IMG/VR virus record: IMGVR_UViG_2693429623_000004
Source of the DNA: a virus
Lineage: Duplodnaviria > Heunggongvirae > Uroviricota > Caudoviricetes
Strand: one strand, 5' to 3'
Length of the DNA stretch: 6,381 nucleotides
Shown one piece after another: positions 1 to 6,381 of the stretch. How positions within the stretch are numbered: position 1 is the stretch's first letter; every line of letters begins with the position of its first letter. Under the pieces are notes generated by a model. The model saw only the letters and a list, made by a program, of their open reading frames with translations, was not told where the DNA came from and did no database searches. Made by a program: the position numbers and the translations under genes.

Positions 1-19
1 AAACCTCGGTTTACAGGAA
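1..19 (+). other. Serine DNA-invertase crossover site (gix/cix/pix/mix type), left half cut by window edge
   Basis: Bases 1-19 read AAACC-TC-GGTTTACAGGAA: partial left half-site, 2-bp core TC, full right half-site. The reverse complement TTCCTGTAAACCGAGGTTT matches the Mu gix 26-bp site as I recall it (from memory, not searched). It lies in frame with the fibre ORF (NLGLQETVN). Confidence 0.75.
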
Positions 20-1030
20 ACGGTAAACAAGGCTGGTAACGCCGTGCAAAAAAATGGCGATACGTTGTCCGGTGGACTTACTTTTGAAAACGACTCAATC
101 CTTGCCTGGATTCGAAATACTGACTGGGCAAAGATTGGGTTTAAAAATAATTCGGATGCAGACACCGATTCCTACATGTGGTTTGAAACAGGCAACAACG
201 GCAATGAATATTTCAAATGGAGACACCGCATCATTGGCACCCGGCCTAAAGACCTGATGAATCTTAAATGGAATGCTTTGTCTGTTCTTGTTGAAGCCCT
301 TTTCAGCAGTGAAGTGAAAATATCGACAGTCAATGCACTGAGGATATTTAATTCATCTTTTGGTGCCATTTTTCGTCGTTCTGAAGAATGCCTGCATATC
401 ATCCCTACACGAGAGAATGAAGGGGAAAATGGTAATATAGGGCCACTACGCCCCTTTACGCTTAATCTCAGAACTGGCCGGATAAGCATGGGGCATGGTC
501 TTGATGTTACAGGGGATATATTTGCAAACCGTTTTGCAATTAACAGTAGTACCGGCATGTGGATTCATATGCGTGACCAGAATGTTATTTTGGGACGTAA
601 TGCGGTATCCACTGATGGTGCTCAGGCTTTGCTCCGTCAGGACCATGCCGACCGCAAATTTATGATTGGCGGTCTGGGAAATAAGCAATTTGGCATCTAC
701 ATGATTAATAACTCAAGGACAGCCAATGGCACCGATGGTCAGGCGTACATGGATAATAACGGGAACTGGCTTTGCGGCTCGCAAGTTATTCCCGGCAACT
801 ATGGCAATTTTGATTCCAGATATGTGAAAGATGTTCGACTTGGTTCACAGCAATATTATGGAGTGAACAACTGGCAAACATGGAATTTTCAGTGCCCGTC
901 AGGCTATGTACTGACGGGGATTAACGTACAGGATACCGGAAAAAACTCTGCCGATAATATTGCAGGCGTTCATTACAGGCCAGTGCAAAAGTATATAAAT
1001 GGCACTTGGTATAATGTGGCGAGTATTTAA
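2..1030 (+). CDS. Tail-fibre protein, variable C-terminal region (cassette A); 5' partial, constant part upstream of window
   Basis: Frame is open from base 2 through the crossover site ([25 protein letters not shown]...); the ORF track starts it at 44, which is a GTG. Stop TAA at 1028-1030. The C-terminus ...GYVLTGIN...[13 protein letters not shown] recurs as a motif in the other cassettes and is followed directly by a tfa gene, the typical fibre-chaperone arrangement. Confidence 0.85.
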   Translation, partial: NLGLQETVNKAGNAVQKNGDTLSGGLTFENDSILAWIRNTDWAKIGFKNNSDADTDSYMWFETGNNGNEYFKWRHRIIGTRPKDLMNLKWNALSVLVEALFSSEVKISTVNALRIFNSSFGAIFRRSEECLHIIPTRENEGENGNIGPLRPFTLNLRTGRISMGHGLDVTGDIFANRFAINSSTGMWIHMRDQNVILGRNAVSTDGAQALLRQDHADRKFMIGGLGNKQFGIYMINNSRTANGTDGQAYMDNNGNWLCGSQVIPGNYGNFDSRYVKDVRLGSQQYYGVNNWQTWNFQCPSGYVLTGINVQDTGKNSADNIAGVHYRPVQKYINGTWYNVASI

Positions 1031-1031
1031 T

Positions 1032-1559
1032 ATGATGCACTTAAAGAACATAAAAGCAGGTAATGCTAAAACAGTGGAGCAGTATGAGTTAACAAAGAAG
1101 CACGGAGTCATCTGGCTTTACTCTGAGGACGGAAAAAACTGGTATGAGGAAGTGAAGAACTTTCAGCCAGACACAATAAAGATTGTTTACGATGCAAATA
1201 ATATTATTGTCGCCATCACCAAAGATGCCTCCACGCTTAACCCTGAAGGTTATAGCGTCGTTGAGGTTCCTGATATTACAGCTAATCGTCGTGCTGATGA
1301 TTCCGGTAAGTGGATGTTTAAGGACGGAGCTGTGGTTAAACGGATTTATACGGCTGACGAACAGCAACAACAGGCCGAATCACAAAAGGCCGCATTGCTT
1401 TCCGAAGCTGAATCAGTCATCCAGCCGCTGGAACGCGCTGTCAGGCTGAATATGGCGACGGACGAGGAACGCACACGACTGGAAGCATGGGAACGCTACA
1501 GTGTTCTGGTCAGCCGTGTGGATACGGCAAAGCCAGAATGGCCACAAAAGCCTGAGTAA
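1032..1559 (+). CDS. tfa: Tail-fibre assembly chaperone (Tfa family, lambda Tfa / Mu U / e14 TfaE-like), copy 1
   Basis: ATG at 1032 sits 1 nt after the fibre stop (TAATATGATG). The product [11 protein letters not shown]...EWPQKPE is about 175 aa and paralogous to three other ORFs in the window. The ORF-track start at 999 is an upstream in-frame extension that overlaps the fibre. Confidence 0.9.
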   Translation: MMHLKNIKAGNAKTVEQYELTKKHGVIWLYSEDGKNWYEEVKNFQPDTIKIVYDANNIIVAITKDASTLNPEGYSVVEVPDITANRRADDSGKWMFKDGAVVKRIYTADEQQQQAESQKAALLSEAESVIQPLERAVRLNMATDEERTRLEAWERYSVLVSRVDTAKPEWPQKPE

Positions 1560-1575
1560 AAATTAAGGCCCGATA
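1364..1575. repeat. Direct repeat, copy 1 (3' end of tfa1 plus tail through half of the terminator hairpin)
   Basis: Matches 2389-2600 at offset 1025 with only a handful of mismatches by eye (e.g. ggcaaagccagaatgg vs ggcaaatcctgaatgg). Confidence 0.85.
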
Positions 1576-2055
1576 NATCTTTATAAAGATATTGAATCTA
1601 ATGGCAGCAATTTTAGATTAAAAAGTAATTACCGCCACCACATTACATTCGCCAACGAAGACGGAAGAATTCGTATGTTTTTGTGGAAAGATAACGGTGG
1701 TGATGGTGTTCATATTAATAACGGTTCAGATGGTGGTGGTGATTTCATTTTTAAAACAGATGGGGGATTTGCGCTGGGAAGTGGTGCGCAAGTTGCGTCT
1801 AGTGGCGATATTTATGGTTCAGTGTGGGAAAACAACTGGTTAAGCACATGGCTGCATAATCATGTCGTTCGGGATATTCGTCTTGGCAGCATTGAATATA
1901 AAAACGTATGGCGCGACTACGGCTTTGGCGATGCGTCAGGTTATGTTTTAACAGCCGCAATTAACAGCAATGCGGATGATATTGTCGACACTGTTGCCAG
2001 AAGGCCAATTCAGAAATTGATTGGGGGAATATGGTACAACGTGGGGAGTGTTTAA
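1567..2055 (+). CDS. Tail-fibre C-terminal cassette B, 5'-truncated and without a crossover site; possibly silent
   Basis: Frame is open from 1567, immediately after an in-frame TAA at 1564-1566, and reads [45 protein letters not shown]...[38 protein letters not shown]. First in-frame ATG is at 1675 (the ORF-track start). Stop TAA at 2053-2055. No AAACC-NN-GGTTT site lies upstream. Confidence 0.7.
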   Translation, partial: GPIXLYKDIESNGSNFRLKSNYRHHITFANEDGRIRMFLWKDNGGDGVHINNGSDGGGDFIFKTDGGFALGSGAQVASSGDIYGSVWENNWLSTWLHNHVVRDIRLGSIEYKNVWRDYGFGDASGYVLTAAINSNADDIVDTVARRPIQKLIGGIWYNVGSV

Positions 2056-2056
2056 G

Positions 2057-2584
2057 ATGATGCACCTGAAAAATATTAAGGCCGGGAATCCGAAAACACC
2101 GGAACAATACCAGCTAACTAAAAAAGCGGGCGTGGTATGGCTCTTTTGCGAAGATGGCAAAAACTGGTATGAGGAACAAAAGAATTTTCAGCCAGACACC
2201 ATAAAAATTGCTTACGATGAGAACAACATCATCGTTGCTGTCAGTAAAGACGTTTCAACTATTAATCCTGAAGGGCTAAGCATAGTTGAAGTTCCTGATA
2301 TTACGGCAAATCGTCACGCAGACAATAACGGAAAATGGATGTTTCTGGATGGTAAAGTAGTAAAGAGGGAATATACAGAACAGGAACTGCAACAACAGGC
2401 CGAATCACAAAAGGCCGCATTGCTTTCCGAAGCTGAATCAGTCATCCAGCCGCTGGAACGCGCTGTCAGGCTGAATATGGCGACGGACGAGGAACGCACA
2501 CGACTGGAAGCATGGGAACGCTACAGTGTTCTGGTCAGCCGTGTGGATACGGCAAATCCTGAATGGCCACAAAAGCCTGAATAA
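2057..2584 (+). CDS. tfa: Tail-fibre assembly chaperone (Tfa family), copy 2
   Basis: ATGATG at 2057 follows the cassette B stop by 1 nt. Product [23 protein letters not shown]...EWPQKPE. The ORF-track start at 2021 is an upstream extension. Confidence 0.9.
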   Translation: MMHLKNIKAGNPKTPEQYQLTKKAGVVWLFCEDGKNWYEEQKNFQPDTIKIAYDENNIIVAVSKDVSTINPEGLSIVEVPDITANRHADNNGKWMFLDGKVVKREYTEQELQQQAESQKAALLSEAESVIQPLERAVRLNMATDEERTRLEAWERYSVLVSRVDTANPEWPQKPE

Positions 2585-2600
2585 AAATTAAGGCCCGATA
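2389..2600. repeat. Direct repeat, copy 2 (3' end of tfa2 plus tail)
   Basis: Near-identical to 1364-1575. Confidence 0.85.
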
Positions 2601-2609
2601 GCGGGCCTT
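2590..2609. terminator. Palindromic hairpin between convergent tfa2 and tfa3; likely intrinsic terminator
   Basis: AAGGCCCG-ATAG-CGGGCCTT is an 8-bp GC-rich stem with a 4-nt loop. On the - strand it is followed by AATTTTTAT. The A-run before it on the + strand gives a U-tract for transcripts reading in the - direction. Confidence 0.7.
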
Positions 2610-2960
2610 CTCTCATTCTGGTTGTTCGGGAAACGTTACTGGCAGGCTGGAGGTGTCTGTGGATTCAACCTTCTGCGCATAGAGCATCCACTCGGTTAAT
2701 TTTTGTTTATTCTCATCGGAAATGATGCCCAGCTGTAGCTGAGAGTCCCACAGCTGGGTTTTATCCCTGACGAGCTGCAGCAGGCTCTGCTTTTCATTTT
2801 CCGCTTGTTGCCTTTGCTCTTCCTCGGTATAAGTTCGCTTTATCACCGCACCATCTTTGAACATCCAGTTGCCCGAAATATCAGCCCGGCGATTTGCTGT
2901 AATATCAGGCAACTCAACGACACTTAAACCTTCTGGATTAATTGCTGATACATCCTTGTC
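2590..2960. repeat. Direct repeat, copy 1 (hairpin plus 3' part of tfa3)
   Basis: Matches 3580-3950 at constant offset 990 with scattered point mismatches by eye; similarity drops toward the 5' halves of the genes. Confidence 0.8.
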
Positions 2961-3146
2961 TATAGCAATAATTATTCCCTCAACTGTGTAAGCCAGTTTT
3001 ATTGTATCCTCCTGAAAGTTTTTTAATTCCTCATGCCAATTTTTTCCATCTTCGGACCATAACCAGATAACATCAAAATTCTTTGTTAGCTGGTATTGTT
3101 CAACGGTTTTTGGATTACCTGCGACAATGTTTTTTAAATGCTGCAT
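2613..3146 (-). CDS. tfa: Tail-fibre assembly chaperone (Tfa family), copy 3
   Basis: Product [30 protein letters not shown]...[11 protein letters not shown]. The N-terminal part is conserved with copies 1 and 2; the C-terminal part belongs to the second class shared with copy 4. ATG at 3146 sits 2 nt after the stop of fibre fragment C. Confidence 0.9.
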   Translation of the reverse strand: MQHLKNIVAGNPKTVEQYQLTKNFDVIWLWSEDGKNWHEELKNFQEDTIKLAYTVEGIIIAIDKDVSAINPEGLSVVELPDITANRRADISGNWMFKDGAVIKRTYTEEEQRQQAENEKQSLLQLVRDKTQLWDSQLQLGIISDENKQKLTEWMLYAQKVESTDTSSLPVTFPEQPE

Positions 3147-3148
3147 GA

Positions 3149-3568
3149 TTATACCTGCGATACGTTATACCATGTTCCGTTAATTAACTTTTGTATTGGT
3201 CTGAATACTGCCGGATCATCACCATCGACTTCACCGATAATACCAAGCCCCGTGATTACATGGCCTGATTTTTCATACATCACGCCTTTCTTCATGGTCT
3301 AAACAACTCGTGTGCCAAGTCTGACATCTCTCACATAGCGGGAATCAAAGTTACCGTAATCCGAGGGATTAACACGTCCCGTAATATTTATGGTTTTATT
3401 ACTTTGAATGCTTCCGGAGACAAAGCGCATAACATGGACGTTATTAGCATAAACATCCAGATTACCATCGCCTTTTTGTTTAAAGCCCGTGTCATTATCA
3501 CCCAATACAATCGAATTACCGCCAAGAGCACTGGATGTTCCGATACCCAGTGCACCAACATCTCCTGC
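3149..3568 (-). pseudogene. Tail-fibre C-terminal cassette C: 5'-truncated, no crossover site, interrupted by an in-frame TAG
   Basis: The - strand reads [89 protein letters not shown], then TAG (3299-3301), then in the same frame [49 protein letters not shown] and TAA (3149-3151). Region 3362-3568 duplicates 5176-5415 of cassette E apart from a 33-bp deletion. The 5' end runs into the N-run at 3569-3579. Confidence 0.7.
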
Positions 3569-3579
3569 NNNNNNNNNNN

Positions 3580-3599
3580 AAGGCCCGATATCGGGCCTT
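3580..3599. terminator. Second copy of the palindromic hairpin, downstream of tfa4 on the - strand
   Basis: AAGGCCCG-ATAT-CGGGCCTT. It is the same stem as 2590-2609 and is flanked on one side by the 11-nt N-run. Confidence 0.6.
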
Positions 3600-3950
3600 G
3601 TTTCATTCTGGTTGTTCGGGAAACGTTACTGGCAGGCTGGAGGTGTCTGTGGATTCGACCTTCTGCGCATAGAGCATCCACTCGGTTAATTTTTGTTTAT
3701 TCTCGTCGGAAATAATGCCCAGCCGTAGCTGTGAGTCCCATAGCTGGGTTTTATCCCTGACGAGCTGTAGCAGGCTTTGCTTTTCATTTTCCGCTTGTTG
3801 CCTCTGCTCTTCCCCGGTATAAGTTCGCTTTATCACTACGCCATCTTTGAACATCCATTTACCTGAAATATCAGCCCGGCGATTTGCTGTAATATCAGGA
3901 ACCTCAACGACGCTTGCGCCTTCCGGATTAATTGCTGAAACATCCTTTTC
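3580..3950. repeat. Direct repeat, copy 2 (hairpin plus 3' part of tfa4)
   Basis: Partner of 2590-2960. Confidence 0.8.
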
Positions 3951-4136
3951 AATACAAATAATAACGCCGTTGTGGTCATAGACCATTTTCAACGTATCAG
4001 GCTGAAAGTTCTTTTGTTCCTCATACCAGTTTTTCCCATCCTCTGTATAAAGCCATTTGATGTTAAATTGTTTCGTTAGCTGGTATTGCTCTTTTGTTTC
4101 AGGATTACCAGCAGAAATGTTTTTTAAGTGCATCAT
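3603..4136 (-). CDS. tfa: Tail-fibre assembly chaperone (Tfa family), copy 4
   Basis: Product [40 protein letters not shown]...[17 protein letters not shown] at 4136 sits 2 nt after the cassette D stop (TAA 4139-4141). Confidence 0.9.
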   Translation of the reverse strand: MMHLKNISAGNPETKEQYQLTKQFNIKWLYTEDGKNWYEEQKNFQPDTLKMVYDHNGVIICIEKDVSAINPEGASVVEVPDITANRRADISGKWMFKDGVVIKRTYTGEEQRQQAENEKQSLLQLVRDKTQLWDSQLRLGIISDENKQKLTEWMLYAQKVESTDTSSLPVTFPEQPE

Positions 4137-4138
4137 CG

Positions 4139-5090
4139 TTAAATACTCCCCGCGTTATACCACGTCCCATTAATGCAATACTGAATTGGCCTTGCCTGAG
4201 TTGTATCAATTAGTTCATCTCTGTTTGAGTTAACGGAACCGGTAACAACATAACCTGACCTGTCAGACCATCCGGGACCATTCCATGTCTGAACAGATAA
4301 CAGACCACCAAGGCGAATACCTGTAATAAACCTTGAGTTACATTCTGCCTGCGTATATGCACCAACATCTCCCGCAGAGGGTTTGCGGGTTGTGGTGTAA
4401 AACTCTGACCAGTCAGCTTCAAAGCCATAACCATCACGCGCTGAACGATAAAAAATACCGCCGTTCCTGTAATTCACGCGGAACTGTACAGCAGGGCAGC
4501 TCCCCGTATTCATATTGAAGTGGAGGATTAATGTCGATGCGCCACCAATGTTTGCGTTATAGACCCCGCTATTCCAGTTCCAGCCAACAGCTTTATCATT
4601 TCCGACAGTGCTTCCTGTTTGCCCTAAAGCAAATGCAGGTTGTTGATTTTTCGTGTTGTAGTCTCGTCGCCAGCCAGGAGCGTAAGCATCACCATGATTA
4701 ATATAAGTGAATTGAGCGTTAGTAATTCCGCCACCGCTGGACGTGCTCGGCGTGGTAACGCGTATGGTCATTGCGCCGCGAGTGCCAATAACTTCCACCA
4801 CAGCACCTGCAAGACAAATATTTCCGCAACCTGTATCTGTAATGACCTTATTATTTGCATAAGCCCATGAGCCTTTGCACATCCAGTAAGGATGGTTAAA
4901 TGCTCCCTGACTCTCCAGCCACGAAATAAATTGCGCGGTTGTCCAGACCTGACTATCGCCACCAATATTCAGCCATGAGCTATATGCGCGGCAGGCACCA
5001 ATATTTTTGGTGAAGGTATCTTTCCCCGGAATATCTGCGCCGTTCTGGTTTTTCTGTAATGCGCCAGAAGCCTGATTTACCGTTTCCTGT
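4139..5090 (-). CDS. Tail-fibre variable C-terminal region (cassette D), alternative to cassette A; 5' end runs into crossover site and N-run
   Basis: The ORF-track entry 4139..4882 stays open upstream to 5090 in the same frame: ...QETVNQASGALQKNQNGADIPGKDTFTKNIGACRAYSSWLNIGGDSQVWTTAQFISWLESQGAFNHPYWMCKGSWAYANN... It begins with the same QETVN encoded by site 1 and ends ...GYVVTGSVNSNRDELIDTTQARPIQYCINGTWYNAGSI. Confidence 0.85.
4357..4640. repeat. Diverged direct repeat, copy 1 (shared fibre module in cassette D)
   Basis: Aligns with about 5397-5680 in cassette E at roughly 80-85% identity by eye. It encodes AFALGxTGSTVxNDKAVGWNW...GSCPAxQFRxNYxNGGIFYRSARDGYGFEADWSEFYTT..RKPSAGDVGA. Confidence 0.7.
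5084..5090 (-). other. Crossover site, visible edge only (TTCCTGT...), remainder masked by N-run 5091-5175
   Basis: Bases 5071-5090 (CCTGATTTACCGTTTCCTGT) match the reverse complement of window bases 11-32 apart from a few substitutions; the remainder AAACC-GA-GGTTT... is predicted inside the Ns. Orientation is inverted relative to site 1. Confidence 0.65.
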
Positions 5091-5175
5091 NNNNNNNNNN
5101 NNNNNNNNNNNNNNNNNNNNNNNNNNNNNNNNNNNNNNNNNNNNNNNNNNNNNNNNNNNNNNNNNNNNNNNNNNN

Positions 5176-5888
5176 CGAGGGATTAACACGTCCCGTAATA
5201 TTTATGGTTTTATTACTTTGAATGCTTCCGGAGACAAAGCGCATAACATGGACGTTATTAGCATAAACATCCAGATTACCATCGCCTTTTTGTTTAAAGC
5301 CCGTGTCATTATCACCCAATACAATCGAATTACCGCCAAGAGCACTGGATGTTCCGATACCCAGTGCACCATTCAGTTGACCACCAGATAACGGCAGTGC
5401 ACCAACATCTCCTGCTGAAGGTTTTCTGGTGGTGTAAAATTCGGACCAGTCGGCTTCAAAACCATAACCATCACGGGCTGAACGATAAAAAATACCGCCA
5501 TTTTTATAATTAATCCGAAACTGAGCTGCAGGACAACTTCCTTCTCCCATATAAAAATGAATAATTAACGTTGATGCACCACTAATAGTTGCGTTATAGG
5601 CTCCGCTACTCCAGTTCCATCCAACTGCTTTATCATTCGCAACGGTGCTTCCTGTTTTCCCTAAGGCAAACGCACCAACATGACTTGCTTTTAATGTGAT
5701 ATCGGAGGAACCATCAAAAGCCACATTGCTTATTTTCCTGGCAGTTTTTAATTTTGCAGCTGTAGAAGCATTGCCGGATAGTTCACCAGAAAGGCCACCG
5801 CTGAATGTTTGTCGATTAGTCCAGGTATTCGCTGTACTGAGTAACGGTATTTTCTCCCCGCTTGTGCCGAGTTCTCGTAAACCGAGGT
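5176..5888 (-). CDS. Tail-fibre variable region (cassette E), third alternative; both ends in N-runs
   Basis: The - strand reads LGLRELGTSGEKIPLLSTANTWTNRQTFSGG...AFALGKTGSTVANDKAVGWNW...GYGFEADWSEFYTTRKPSAGDVGALPLSGGQLNGALGIGTSS...NKTINITGRVNPS. The 5' LGL is encoded by the crossover site at 5872-5888. The central block is shared with cassette D. Confidence 0.8.
5397..5680. repeat. Diverged direct repeat, copy 2 (shared fibre module in cassette E)
   Basis: Partner of 4357-4640. Confidence 0.7.
5872..5888 (-). other. Crossover site: TTCTCGTAAACC-GA-GGT then Ns
   Basis: A full left half-site TTCTCGTAAACC, core GA and the start of the right half-site are visible before the N-run. Orientation is the same as the 5084 site and inverted relative to site 1. 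It lies in frame with cassette E. Confidence 0.7.
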
Positions 5889-6300
5889 NNNNNNNNNNNN
5901 NNNNNNNNNNNNNNNNNNNNNNNNNNNNNNNNNNNNNNNNNNNNNNNNNNNNNNNNNNNNNNNNNNNNNNNNNNNNNNNNNNNNNNNNNNNNNNNNNNNN
6001 NNNNNNNNNNNNNNNNNNNNNNNNNNNNNNNNNNNNNNNNNNNNNNNNNNNNNNNNNNNNNNNNNNNNNNNNNNNNNNNNNNNNNNNNNNNNNNNNNNNN
6101 NNNNNNNNNNNNNNNNNNNNNNNNNNNNNNNNNNNNNNNNNNNNNNNNNNNNNNNNNNNNNNNNNNNNNNNNNNNNNNNNNNNNNNNNNNNNNNNNNNNN
6201 NNNNNNNNNNNNNNNNNNNNNNNNNNNNNNNNNNNNNNNNNNNNNNNNNNNNNNNNNNNNNNNNNNNNNNNNNNNNNNNNNNNNNNNNNNNNNNNNNNNN

Positions 6301-6381
6301 GTCACTGTATGCGGCATCTTGTCGTGCTGGTGGTGGAAGCCTAGAAAAAGTATCGGGTGTTGCTGAACCGTGTTGATACAT
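6301..6381 (-). CDS. Partial ORF of unknown identity reaching the right window edge
   Basis: Only 27 codons are visible (MYQHGSATPDTFSRLPPPARQDAAYSD) before the 412-nt N-run. The ATG at the window edge may be coincidental and the frame may continue beyond the window. Its relation to the fibre cassettes cannot be decided. Confidence 0.2.

Noticed and set aside
54-2499. Small ORFs nested in or antisense to fibre cassettes A and B and tfa1/tfa2 (54..257+, 172..558-, 446..688-, 899..1111-, 1089..1370-, 1183..1449+, 1948..2160-, 2314..2499-)
   Set aside because: Each lies inside or opposite a longer ORF with clear family features and has no independent support such as conserved motifs or start context. 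Treated as chance ORFs.
2922-2944. ACTTAAACC-TT-CTGGATTAATTG, a possible crossover site inside tfa3
   Set aside because: Only the left half resembles a half-site; the right half lacks GGTTT, and the tfa4 paralogue has no counterpart at the same position.
4321-4347. CTGTAATAAACC-TT-GAGTTACATTCTG, a possible degenerate site inside cassette D
   Set aside because: Weak partial dyad symmetry without a GGTTT right half; most likely chance, though it could be checked against read breakpoints.
4210-4965. Small ORFs nested in or antisense to fibre cassette D (4210..4437-, 4333..4518+, 4640..4870+, 4768..4965-)
   Set aside because: Same reasoning: they overlap the well-supported cassette D frame and have no independent support.
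4357-5680. Diversity-generating retroelement (template/variable repeat pair) as an explanation for the D/E repeat
   Set aside because: Mismatches between the copies are not concentrated at adenines of one copy, no reverse transcriptase ORF is visible, and the repeat is internal to the fibres rather than at the extreme 3' end.
3388-6376. ORF-track entries whose translations contain X-runs (3388..3681-, 3404..3715+, 3489..3689+, 4980..5189-, 5059..5391+, 5696..6376+, 5748..6317-, 5862..6344+)
   Set aside because: They are held open only by translating Ns. The long 5077..6381- entry is kept only as the real cassette E portion (5176-5888) plus an unknown fragment at 6301-6381.
1-6381. CRISPR array, tRNA, rRNA, insertion sequence or transposase
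   Set aside because: No short regularly spaced repeats, no tRNA-like or rRNA-like sequence, and no transposase-like ORF. All repeats found are long gene-sized paralogous blocks.
1-6381. DNA invertase (gin/cin/pin/min) gene inside the window
   Set aside because: No visible ORF resembles a serine recombinase. It is expected just outside the window or under the 412-nt N-run, and is not reported as a feature.

Overview
This window reads as a phage or prophage tail-fibre host-range switching region of the Mu G-segment / P1 C-segment / e14 P-segment / p15B Min type, probably enterobacterial. It holds five tail-fibre C-terminal cassettes (A and B on the + strand; C, D and E on the - strand) and four tail-fibre assembly chaperone (Tfa) genes arranged as two convergent pairs. 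Three serine-invertase crossover sites are visible: one at the left window edge (1-19, matching the Mu gix site as I recall it) and two in the opposite orientation at about 5084 and 5872, both running into N-runs. Each site lies inside a fibre reading frame, so inversion would swap the C-terminus of a fibre gene whose constant part lies upstream of the window. Cassettes B and C have no site and are 5'-truncated; C also carries an in-frame TAG. No invertase gene, rRNA, tRNA, CRISPR array or transposase is visible. Sequence at 1576, 3569-3579, 5091-5175 and 5889-6300 is N, so ORF-track entries with X-runs are artefacts. All homology statements come from reading the translations and from memory of these families; no database search was run.
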